Source: an uncultured cyanobacterium
GTDB lineage: Bacteria; Cyanobacteriota; Cyanobacteriia; Cyanobacteriales; Cyanobacteriaceae
DNA: 64,000 nt
Direction of reading: 5' to 3'
Assembly (NCBI GenBank): GCA_963710605.1
Contig: CAVQBA010000001.1
Span: 128,001-192,000 of the forward strand
Below, piece after piece: positions 48,077-57,028 of the stretch. Under the pieces are notes generated by a model. It searched no databases. It was not told the origin of the DNA and saw only the letters and a list, made by a program, of their open reading frames with translations. The translations under genes were made by a program, and so were the position numbers. Each line of letters starts with the position of its first letter. Position 1 is the first letter of the stretch.

Positions 48077-48895
48077 ATGCCTTACAGTCTCGTCATTAAC
48101 TTTACCAATACCACCGATATTCCTCGTGGTTATACCTCAGGAAAACACTTACACGCTCTATTCCTAACTCTTGTAAATTCGATCGATAATCAGTTAGCAG
48201 AATACTTACATCGATCGTCATCTAACAAAGATTTTACCATTAGTCCCTTACAAGTAGTAAATCATCAAAATCAAAATCAAATTACTTGGCAAAAACAAAA
48301 AAAAGATATCAAAAAAGGTTCAAACTGTTGGTGGCGAATTACCCTCTTAGACGATCGTTTATTTGGTTTATTAACTCCTTTATGGCTTAGTATTAATCCT
48401 CAAAAACCGTTTCATTTAGGAAGTGGCGAATTACAAATAACTAGTATTTTATCTAGTAATAATAGTCACCCTTGGGCTAATGCTTGTACTTATCAAGATA
48501 TTAATGAAAATGCTTCGCAAACTAATAGAAATCTTCAGTTTAAAATATACACACCAATGGCTTTTCGTCAAGGTAAATACGATATATCTTTACCAACTGC
48601 CGATTTAGTTTTTTCTAGCATATTAAGGCGTTGGAATAATTACAGTAATCTTCCTTTTGATAATGTCGATTTTAGCTCTATCTTTCCTGCTTATTTCGAT
48701 TTAAAAACCGAAGTTGTGATTAACGATAAGAATAAATTTATTGGTTGTGTAGGAGATATTAATTACAAGATTTTAGGTGAGATAGATTCGTCTTTAATTA
48801 AGACAATAAATATTCTTGCTGACTATGTTTTTTACTGTGGAATTGGCAGAAAAACCACTATGGGGATGGGCATAACTACAAGAGTTAAAAGTTAA
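48077..48895 (+). CDS. cas6: CRISPR endoribonuclease Cas6
   Basis: MPYSLV, GKHLHALFL, WWRITLLDD, GIGRKTTMGMG. Confidence 0.95.
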   Translation: MPYSLVINFTNTTDIPRGYTSGKHLHALFLTLVNSIDNQLAEYLHRSSSNKDFTISPLQVVNHQNQNQITWQKQKKDIKKGSNCWWRITLLDDRLFGLLTPLWLSINPQKPFHLGSGELQITSILSSNNSHPWANACTYQDINENASQTNRNLQFKIYTPMAFRQGKYDISLPTADLVFSSILRRWNNYSNLPFDNVDFSSIFPAYFDLKTEVVINDKNKFIGCVGDINYKILGEIDSSLIKTINILADYVFYCGIGRKTTMGMGITTRVKS

Positions 48896-48914
48896 GAGTT
48901 AAGAGTTAAAAGTT
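48880..48914 (+). repeat. Heptamer array (AARAGTT)5, left of the four-helix-bundle gene
   Basis: Contains the cas6 stop and abuts ATG 48915. Confidence 0.9.
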
Positions 48915-49262
48915 ATGAAACGAAGTATTGTTTATGAAAAGGCTTATAAATTTTCTATTCGAGTTATTAAAGCCTATAAATATTTGACAAAAGAAAAAAA
49001 AGAATTTGTTTTGTCCAAACAATTATTACGCTGTGGTACTTCAATTGGTGCAAATATTGCTGAAGCAAATGGGGCTATTTCTCAAGCTGATTTTAAAAAT
49101 AAAATGTCGATCGCTTACAAAGAATCTTTAGAAACAATATATTGGTTATCCCTATTAAAAGACACAGAATATATTGAAGAAAAATCGTATCAAAGTATCA
49201 ATAAAGAGGTAGTCGAAATCAGCAAAATGTTATGTTCGATTGTCAAAAATACCAATTCTTAA
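48915..49262 (+). CDS. Four helix bundle protein (23S rRNA IVP-like family)
   Basis: KAYKFSIRVI, LSKQLLRCGTSIGANIAEA, AYKESLETIYWL. Confidence 0.9.
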   Translation: MKRSIVYEKAYKFSIRVIKAYKYLTKEKKEFVLSKQLLRCGTSIGANIAEANGAISQADFKNKMSIAYKESLETIYWLSLLKDTEYIEEKSYQSINKEVVEISKMLCSIVKNTNS

Positions 49263-49299
49263 CTCTTAACTCTTAACTTTTAACTCTTAACTTTCAACT
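49254..49299 (+). repeat. Heptamer array (AACTYTT)~6, inverted relative to 48880-48914
   Basis: Contains the four-helix gene stop and abuts the cas4 ATG at 49300. Confidence 0.9.
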
Positions 49300-49926
49300 A
49301 TGGACTATATTCCTATCGCATCTTTAAACCATTACAGCTATTGCCCTCACCGATTTTGGCGGATGTTTTGTGCTTCTGAATTTACAGACAATCAGTACAC
49401 CATAGATGGCACTACATTACACGATCGAGTTCATACCGTGGGGGACTTAAATAGAGAGGAAACTTGGCAGATTCGAGCAATATGGCTTAAATACGAGCGT
49501 TATCAACTTATTGGTAAAGCAGACTTAATTGAAGTGGAAAATGGTGAATTCATCCCGATTGAATACAAAAGAGGACGGAAAAACCAATGGACAAACGATG
49601 CCCTACAAGTTGCCGCTCAAGCCTTATGTTTGGAAGAAATGACCGACACAAGTATCGATATTGGTTATGTTTATTACGCTCAAACACACCAACGGCAAGA
49701 GGTAAAAATAGATCGACAATTAAGAGATTTGACAGTAGAAACGATCGATCGAATCAAAAATATTATGAATAACAACATCATACCACCAGCCCAATACGAC
49801 AAACGTTGCAAGGGTTGTAGTCTTTATTCTGCTTGTCTGCCGAGGGCGAGTAAAAAAATCGAATCGTTATCAAGAAGCAAATTAAACAAAAAAGTGTTTT
49901 TTCAAAAGAAATACTGTAGGGGTTGA
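49300..49926 (+). CDS. cas4: Cas4 (true end probably near 49885, frameshifted tail)
   Basis: YSYCPHR, GKADLIE, PIEYKRG, QALCLEEM, RCKGCSL-C. Confidence 0.92.
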   Translation: MDYIPIASLNHYSYCPHRFWRMFCASEFTDNQYTIDGTTLHDRVHTVGDLNREETWQIRAIWLKYERYQLIGKADLIEVENGEFIPIEYKRGRKNQWTNDALQVAAQALCLEEMTDTSIDIGYVYYAQTHQRQEVKIDRQLRDLTVETIDRIKNIMNNNIIPPAQYDKRCKGCSLYSACLPRASKKIESLSRSKLNKKVFFQKKYCRG

Positions 49927-49942
49927 ACATTGTTCAACCCTA
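49916..49942. repeat. REP-like palindrome GTAGGGGTTGAA-N-TTCAACCCTA
   Basis: Related copies at 58911-58936 and a half copy near 48046-48059. Confidence 0.6.
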
Positions 49943-49999
49943 AACCCTTATTCAACCCTAAACCAAGAAAACAAAATATTTAACTTTAAGAGGATAAAC

Positions 50000-51014
50000 A
50001 TGGGAACAATTTACGTAACACACGAAGACGCATTTATCGGCAAAATAGATGAAAGAATACAAGTCAAAGCGGATAAAGAAAAAATATTAGACGTACCGCT
50101 AATTAAAACAGACGGCTTGGTAGTTTTAGGAAGAGCGACTATTTCTCCAGCTTTAATCAGTGAAGTTTTAGAAAGAAAAATACCCGTATCTTATTTAACC
50201 AAAACAGGAAAATATCGAGGACGACTAGAACCAGAATTAACCAAAAATATTTTTATCAGAAAAGCACAATGGTTAGCAGTAATGAATGAAGATAATACAC
50301 AAGTTATTCATGTTGTTCGGGCATTTATTCGGGGAAAACTAAAAAATTATCGTAACTTAATTAATCTTAGAAATAGACAGTCGAATAATCATCATTTAAC
50401 AAAAAGTATTACTAAAATAGAATCAATTATAAACTCTTTAGCTACCGCAGATAATGTTAATTCTTTAAGAGGATTAGAAGGTGCGGGAAGTGCGATTTAT
50501 TTTAGTTGTTTTAACCAGCTAATTAAAAACGATCGATTTAGTTTTAATACCCGCAATCGTCGTCCGCCAAAAGATCCCGTTAACTCGTTATTAAGTTTTA
50601 CTTATGCTTTACTCAGACACGATATTCAAAGTGCGGTAAATATTGTCGGGGTTCGATCCTTATTTGGGTTATCTTCATGTTCCTCATTATGGCAGACCAG
50701 CACTAGCTTTGGATTTGATGGAAGAATTTAGACCTTTAGTTGCTGATGCGGTAGTTTTAAATGCGATTAATAATCAAAAAATAACTCCTGAAGATTTTGT
50801 CAGCGAGCCTTTAAGTGAAGCAGTTTCTTTGACGAAAGATGGACTAAAAATATTTTTGCGTTTGTATGAAGAAAAAAAACAATCCAAGTTTAAACATCCT
50901 GTACTGAAAAGACAAGTTACTTATCAAGAATCTTTTGAAATTCAAGCACGATTTTTAGGTAAATATTTAATGGCAGAAACTCAGCAGTATCCACCTTTAA
51001 TTATTAAAAAATAA
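50000..51014 (+). CDS. cas1: Type I-D Cas1, frameshift near 50650; no RT fusion
   Basis: LRGLEGAGSA-YF, RNRRPPKDPVNSLLS, GFDPYLGYLH, ALDLMEEFRP. Confidence 0.93.
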
Positions 51015-51088
51015 AAAGCATAACGATCGATTTTTCGTTCGATACTGAGTAAAAAAAAGGAATAACCTATCAACTATCAATTAATTAA

Positions 51089-51361
51089 ATGTATGTAGTT
51101 ATCAGTTACGATATATCTGAAAATAAAAGAAGAACTAAAATACACAAAATTCTCAAGTCTTATGGAGAATGGGTACAATATAGTATATTCGAGTGTGAGC
51201 TAAGCCAAACTCAATACGCTAAATTACGCGATCGTCTAAGTAAAATAATCGATAACGAAACTGATAATATTCGTTTTTATTTTATGTGTCAATCCTGTCA
51301 AAAGAAAATCGAACGTATTGGCGGAGAATTACCTCGTGATAATACTGTCTTTTTTGCTTAA
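51089..51361 (+). CDS. cas2: Cas2
   Basis: VVISYDI, YGEWVQYSIFEC, DNIRFY. Confidence 0.95.
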   Translation: MYVVISYDISENKRRTKIHKILKSYGEWVQYSIFECELSQTQYAKLRDRLSKIIDNETDNIRFYFMCQSCQKKIERIGGELPRDNTVFFA

Positions 51362-51538
51362 TTGGCGTAAGGGGTAGGGTGTAAAAATGAGGATTTGAGA
51401 AAAACCAGTTCAAATCTTTATTCTGTAAGAGTTTTAGCAATCGAGATATTCAACAGCCTTACGCCCTTTACACAGTAAAATTTTCAGCGTTTTGACTACC
51501 TTTTTCTTCTAGCTATAAGTTATAATATGAGTACCCTT

Positions 51539-52368
51539 GTGCGACCTGAAAAGTTGCAAGAGAAAAGTCGAATTAAAACTCGCCAACGAGTCATCCGTTG
51601 TGTTATCACCCGAAGGGGCTACATGAGCAATTGTATAGTTTCACAGCTAGAGGGTAATGTCAAGGAAGAATATAGTTAGCAATTACTCCAATTGGCTAGA
51701 TAAAGATGATTATGAAGTCGAATATGTTGATTGAAGCCTCCTAATCATAAGTCACTTGAAATGCTAAATGATACGAGTGATACGAAGATTAGTTCCTTAA
51801 CTATTTATTTAAGGAAAAAAAAGTCATAAGATTAAGGGTTTTTTATGATGATGAACGACATATCTTCGGGGGTATAGACATCTTCTAAAATCATCGCATC
51901 TTAACTCTTGTAAAACAGGATAACTCCCATATGTTCCTATTAGGTAAGGAGAGAGCAATCTCAAATGATGGCATAGGGGAATTAGGATATTAAAGAAGCG
52001 AAGGCTCTCAAATCGCAAGATAACAGGAAAGACTTAACAGTTATAACTGGAGAGATAGGGAAATACCCAATCCGAAAGGATGCTGACTTTAAATGGTATT
52101 TACTAGTTTAGTAGAATCGGAGAAAATAATTAAACCATTATGGAAAAGATAGATGAGTCTAACAACTCAATCGTAACTAATGGGACTTTAACGTGGAACG
52201 ACATTAATTGGCGTAAAACCACAAACAAAGTTCAAGGATTGATGTACCGCATTTACCGAACAACTAAGAGAAAAAATCTTAGAGTAAGTGCTTGAGCTGA
52301 ATGCTTGGAAACTTGCACGTTCAATTCTTAGGGGAGAAAGGGGGAGAAATCCTTCTGCCTTACCCGAC
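51539..52368 (+). mobile_element. Group II intron, 830 nt, RT ORF internally deleted, inserted in the CRISPR leader
   Basis: 5' GTGCG; domain V at 52294-52327 (AGC triad, GAAA loop, AC bulge); domain VI with bulged A ending ACCCGAC; EBS1 AAGGGT (51834-51839) pairs with IBS1 ACCCTT (51533-51538). Confidence 0.92.
52140..52295 (+). pseudogene. Truncated intron-encoded RT (51 aa, N-terminal segment only)
   Basis: MEKIDESNNSIVTNGTLTWNDINWRKTTNKVQGLMYRIYRTTKRKNLRVSA*; WxxInW-K...V..L..RI motif; stop overlaps the start of domain V. Confidence 0.8.
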
Positions 52369-52419
52369 ACGCAATCGAACCTTGAAATTCAAATATATCA
52401 ATGCTTTCAATCGTGAGCA

Positions 52420-53109
52420 GTTGAAATCGACTATAATCCCTATGAGGGATTGAAACTGGGCATAATCTTTTCTTTGATTAAAGGAATTGGGTTGAAATCG
52501 ACTATAATCCCTATGAGGGATTGAAACCTGTTTTCAGCCCTGACATATAAAATCTTAAAATGTTGAAATCGACTATAATCCCTATGAGGGATTGAAACTT
52601 TGTCTCCTTACAAGATAAGCGGAAGCTGAAAAGTTGAAATCGACTATAATCCCTATGAGGGATTGAAACGCTGTCGCAGAATCACAAAGCATATCTAAGA
52701 GATGTTGTTGAAATCGACTATAATCCCTATGAGGGATTGAAACTTAAAACTCCTCCATAGGTAAGCCAAAGCATCATATATGTTGAAATCGACTATAATC
52801 CCTATGAGGGATTGAAACATGTCAATGACGAGAACAGACGAATTTATAAATATCGTTGAAATCGACTATAATCCCTATGAGGGATTGAAACTTTTGTCAA
52901 GTTTGCTCATGAGTTTAATTTCATCAGTTGAAATCGACTATAATCCCTATGAGGGATTGAAACAATTATATAAACAATCGCACGAGAAAACCAATTAAAA
53001 GTTGAAATCGACTATAATCCCTATGAGGGATTGAAACTTTGACATATACTCCATTTACCGATAAAAGTGAACGTTGAAATCGACTATAATCCCTACGAGG
53101 GATTGAAAC
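52420..53109 (+). CRISPR. Type I-D CRISPR array: 10 repeats of 37 bp, 9 spacers of 34-38 bp
   Basis: Repeat GTTGAAATCGACTATAATCCCTATGAGGGATTGAAAC at 52420, 52491, 52562, 52633, 52707, 52782, 52855, 52927, 53001, 53073; last copy has one T>C change, consistent with + orientation. Confidence 0.98.
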
Positions 53110-53198
53110 GTACTAAAATAGAGAAAGTCTTATAAATTAGTAGCCAAAACTTGTGCTACAGAACAAAAACTATAGTAAATAAAAAAGAAAAGATAATT

Positions 53199-53486
53199 AT
53201 GACAAATTCTCAGGCACAATGGAAAATTGCAGACGAATCAGACAAGTATTTGATTTCTGAAGCTAATTCTTCGCTAGACATTCTCGTTAAAAAAGATACT
53301 AACCATACCGTTGACAAATCTGTAGCTAACCACGGCGACGCAAAAATTGTCTCTTACGCAGCAGGAGTATTAGAAGTAGTAATTATTGATGATGAAAAAT
53401 GTAGTTTACATTGTGCAGATATATGTACTTGGAAGATACCAAAAGAGTTTGCCACTCAAATAATTGATTTATTAGAGAAAGTTTAA
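53199..53486 (+). CDS. Hypothetical protein downstream of the array
   Basis: ORF from ATG 53199 (MTNSQAQWKI...); no recognised motif. Confidence 0.55.
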   Translation: MTNSQAQWKIADESDKYLISEANSSLDILVKKDTNHTVDKSVANHGDAKIVSYAAGVLEVVIIDDEKCSLHCADICTWKIPKEFATQIIDLLEKV

Positions 53487-53560
53487 AAATTTTTAAAACC
53501 TGATGTTAGGCTTTGTCTAACATCAAAAATTTACCTTAAAACTTAAATAAAAAGAAAAGT

Positions 53561-53599
53561 AGCGATCGTTTTTAGATAAAAAATACTAAAAACGATCGT
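53561..53599. terminator. Hairpin between convergent genes
   Basis: CGATCGTTTTTAG...CTAAAAACGATCG. Confidence 0.5.
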
Positions 53600-53627
53600 A
53601 ATTAAAAAAATAAATAGAAATTAATTG

Positions 53628-55358
53628 TTAATATTTTCTTTCTTTTGGTTGAAACATATTAACCACAACGGGCATATAATCAACATTTACCCCCGCCTCA
53701 TCAGAATAAGAAGCTAAAGTATGTCTGAGAAAATCACTATCATTTCGAGTTGGATAATCATCACGTGAATGAGCACCTCTACTTTCTTTGCGTTTGTAAG
53801 CAGAAGTTAAAATTATTTGCCCCACAATCATAATGTTTTGTAATTCCAGTGCTTCAACCAACTCCGTATTCCAACCTATTTCTTTATCATCAAGCCTTAC
53901 ACGATCGTATTTGCCTTTAATTTCACGAATTTGGTTTAAACCTTCATTCATGATCTCTTCTGTACGAAATACACCACAATGTTCGGTCATCGAATCTTGA
54001 AAATTTGTTTTGATTTGATGAATACGTAAATCACCTTCTTGGGCGAGTAAATCATCAATTCGTTGCTGAGCTTTTTCTAAATAATGTTTTTCATCGATTT
54101 TCGGTACAATCCGATTGACAACATATTCAGCGATCGCTTTACCAGTACGTCGCCCGTAAACCACACATTCTAGTAAAGAATTACTACCTAGACGATTAGC
54201 ACCATGCACTGAAACACAAGCACATTCACCAGCGGCGAAAAATCCCTCTACCAATTCATCTGCATTACGACGCACTCTGCCATCAGTATTGACAGGAATA
54301 CCACCCATACAATAATGAGCGGTTGGGCGTACAGGCATTGGCTGATAAACCGCATCGATACCTACTAAACGATGAGCTTCTTCCCAACAAAAAGGTACAC
54401 GACTCATGATTTTTTCTTTACCCATATGAGTCAAATCTAAATGCACATAATTACCACCGGCGGTGCCATCAGCATGAATACCTCTTCCTGCTTGTATTTC
54501 CAAAATAATCGCACGAGAGGTAATATCACGAGGTGCTAACTCCATTTGTTTCGGGGCATAATCTTCCATAAATCTTCTACCTTCGCTGTTACGTAGATAT
54601 GCACCTTCTCCTCTAACAGCTTCAGAAATCAAAACACCGACAGGATATAAACCAGTAGGATGAAATTGGACAAATTCCATATCTTCTAAAGGTAAACCAG
54701 AGGCGGCTGTCATTGCTAAACCATCACCTGTAGAAGCATAATCATTGGAAGTAGTATTAAATACTCTGCCGTAACCACCTGTTGCGAACATGACAACTTT
54801 CGCTCTAACTACTTCTAAATGTCCGTCAGCGATATTAAACATAACTACCCCTTTGGCTTGATTATCCTCAAGGATGAGTTGCATTACATACCATTCATCA
54901 TAAATTTGAACATTATTACAACGTAAATTATTAACTAATTCATGAAGCATTGCATGACCTGTTTTGTCTGCGGCATAACAAGTACGTTTGTGAGAATGTC
55001 CACCAAAAGCACGTTGAGCAATTTTGCCATCTTCTAAACGAGAAAATAAAACACCTAAATGTTCTAATTCGATAATCACCTCTGGTGCTTCTTTGGTCAA
55101 ATATTCAACCGCATCTTGATCGGCTAAATAATCTGAGCCTTTTACTGTATCGAAGGCATGGGCTTTCCAATCGTCTTCGGGGTCAACATTTTTTAAACTT
55201 GCGGCGATACCTCCTTGGGCGGCGACTGAATGAGAGCGTATTGGATGAGTTTTTGCGACTAAGCCAATATCTACACTACTGTTTTGTTTTTTTATTTCAA
55301 GGGCGGCACGACATCCTGCTAATCCACCACCAATAATAATTACGTCATGTTCTATCAT
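53628..55358 (-). CDS. sdhA: Succinate dehydrogenase/fumarate reductase flavoprotein subunit
   Basis: GGGLAG, RSHSVAAQGG, QFHPT, HYCMGG, HGANRLGSNSL, ESRGAH. Confidence 0.95.
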   Translation of the reverse strand: MIEHDVIIIGGGLAGCRAALEIKKQNSSVDIGLVAKTHPIRSHSVAAQGGIAASLKNVDPEDDWKAHAFDTVKGSDYLADQDAVEYLTKEAPEVIIELEHLGVLFSRLEDGKIAQRAFGGHSHKRTCYAADKTGHAMLHELVNNLRCNNVQIYDEWYVMQLILEDNQAKGVVMFNIADGHLEVVRAKVVMFATGGYGRVFNTTSNDYASTGDGLAMTAASGLPLEDMEFVQFHPTGLYPVGVLISEAVRGEGAYLRNSEGRRFMEDYAPKQMELAPRDITSRAIILEIQAGRGIHADGTAGGNYVHLDLTHMGKEKIMSRVPFCWEEAHRLVGIDAVYQPMPVRPTAHYCMGGIPVNTDGRVRRNADELVEGFFAAGECACVSVHGANRLGSNSLLECVVYGRRTGKAIAEYVVNRIVPKIDEKHYLEKAQQRIDDLLAQEGDLRIHQIKTNFQDSMTEHCGVFRTEEIMNEGLNQIREIKGKYDRVRLDDKEIGWNTELVEALELQNIMIVGQIILTSAYKRKESRGAHSRDDYPTRNDSDFLRHTLASYSDEAGVNVDYMPVVVNMFQPKERKY

Positions 55359-55769
55359 TACGAAGCTCTTCTCAACTAATAACCATAATTGTCTATCTAT
55401 ATCCTGTTACACCTTAATAGGAAAATTCGACGATCGTTGATAATTCTTAACAGTTAAGAGTTAAAAGTCAGTAACAGGGTAGTTTCCGTTATCGGTAATT
55501 TAGTTAAGGGTATCTCCTCTAAATTCTTGGTTATCTACTAACTATTTAGCAGAGGGGTCGGAAATTTAGGGGGCTATTTATAGCGTTGGTTTGCCCCTCT
55601 CCAATTATCAGTTGCTTTCCTCCAACGATGGTTTGCCCCCCTAACCCCCCAATTCTGGGGGGAACAAGATTATATTATTGTCGTGGTTACTTACAGTTGT
55701 GGACACAATGTCCGTTATTATGGTCGCATCCTTCGTGGTTCAAACCGTATTTTAAATGGAGAGTCGATC

Positions 55770-56779
55770 GTTATGATCATGATTATGGTAATGGTGGCTT
55801 CTGCTAGTTGTCCTGTTGGTAAATCTTTGATTTCATAGGTGATGTCGATGTCAGTTTAAGGTAGGAGGGTTGACCAGATTTGTTTTACGCTACTATTAAG
55901 TTGATTAATTATTTGAGTATTTGAGTTATGGACAGAGAAGAATTGATCAGAAAATACGCTGGAACCGAAAGAGATTTCACGGGGCAGCGATTTGGAGTAG
56001 GATTGACCGACCAAATCATTAGAGGAGGAATCTACAGCAGAACTAATTTTAACGAAGGATTTTTTGAAAGTAGCTCTTTTATTGAAGTTGATTTGAGTTT
56101 TGCTGATTTCTCCCTTATTCGTATGTACGAAAGTTCCTTTATGAATTGTTTCATGGAAGGGACTGATTTTACTGCTGCTGAGTTTGGACAAGTGATTTTT
56201 AAAAATGTCAATCTTACTAAAGCTATTTTTAGAGGTGCTGTTTTTAGTGAGTTCGATTTTTCTCGTACCGATCTCAGTTATGTCGATTTTAGAGGAGCTA
56301 AAGATTTTGATTGTGTTGGTTTCAATGACGTCATCTTTTACGAAACTATTATGCCCGATGGTAGCATTCGTACTGATAATGTTTGAATTTGTATTATTAA
56401 TTTGAGAATTAGTGCGATCACGAAGTGGCAGCCGAAGGCTGATCGACGATCTTGTAGGGAACGGTTGAGCCTTGGAAGGCTTAATATAAATACGATACAT
56501 AAAACAAAAGCGAAACCCAACATTGAATACGATAAAGACATAAATTCGCAAAAGTAACATTCTCCCAAACTACTACGGAAGGTGCATTAAAATCAAGATA
56601 CTCACCAGAAACGAAAGGTATATCGGATTTCACACTCTCTTGATAAAAGTCATGAGGTATCGATCGTTGTCATTTGTAATAAATCCTTGACCAGCCAAAG
56701 CCGATAGATAATTATCATCCGTAGGGAGTAAATCAACCGTAAAATCAGTTAAAATTCGATATTTTTCAACTGTTGTCAT
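55770..56779 (-). pseudogene. Decayed N-terminal fragment of a large secreted protein
   Basis: Fragments MTTVEKYRILTDFTVDLLPTDDNYLSALAGQGFI..., ...HNSNTQIINQLN...IWSTLL, and ITYEIKDLPTGQLAEATIT in broken frames. Confidence 0.45.
55928..56386 (+). CDS. Pentapeptide repeat protein
   Basis: MDREELIRKYAGTERDF start, periodic xDLS/xDFS/xNLT units, TIMPDGS end. Confidence 0.85.
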   Translation: MDREELIRKYAGTERDFTGQRFGVGLTDQIIRGGIYSRTNFNEGFFESSSFIEVDLSFADFSLIRMYESSFMNCFMEGTDFTAAEFGQVIFKNVNLTKAIFRGAVFSEFDFSRTDLSYVDFRGAKDFDCVGFNDVIFYETIMPDGSIRTDNV

Positions 56780-56921
56780 TATTTATTATTCATTGTTGAT
56801 AATTTTTTTTCTCATCTTACATAGATGGGCGAATCAGACAGAGTATTCTTCTAAGAAATGCTAAAATAGGTTATCTCAACACTTTATGACAGCAATTACC
56901 AAAAAAATAAACTAAAAATTC

Positions 56922-56949
56922 GTAACATAAGTTAACATAGATTTAAGAA
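56922..56949 (+). promoter_or_regulatory. HLR1-like direct repeats upstream of ftsH
   Basis: GTAACATA-AG-TTAACATA-GA-TTTAAGAA with 10-bp period; imperfect match. Confidence 0.4.
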
Positions 56950-57028
56950 TACAAAAAAAATTAGCTCGTCATATTAACAAAAGTAATTGATAAAATAATT
57001 ATATATAGATAAGGAGACTGTAACAAGC

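Larger units (their letters stand above)
51362..52419 (+). promoter_or_regulatory. CRISPR leader (228 bp once the intron is removed)
   Basis: GCGTAAGG at 51365, CCTTACGC at 51457, split copy CCTT|ACGC; TTGACT at 51492 and TATAAT at 51521. Confidence 0.8.

Noticed and set aside
48915-49262. DGR accessory Avd gene
   Set aside because: No DGR reverse transcriptase or template/variable repeat pair was seen in the window.
50000-52295. RT-Cas1 RNA spacer acquisition system
   Set aside because: Cas1 has no RT domain, and the only RT sequence is a 51-aa stub lacking catalytic motifs.
51824-52370. Minus-strand ORFs of 64 and 60 aa in the leader
   Set aside because: They are antisense shadows of intron RNA domains (EBS1 region and domains V-VI).
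52457-53072. Self-targeting or intron-targeting spacers
   Set aside because: No match noticed by eye within the window; an alignment search is needed to exclude it.
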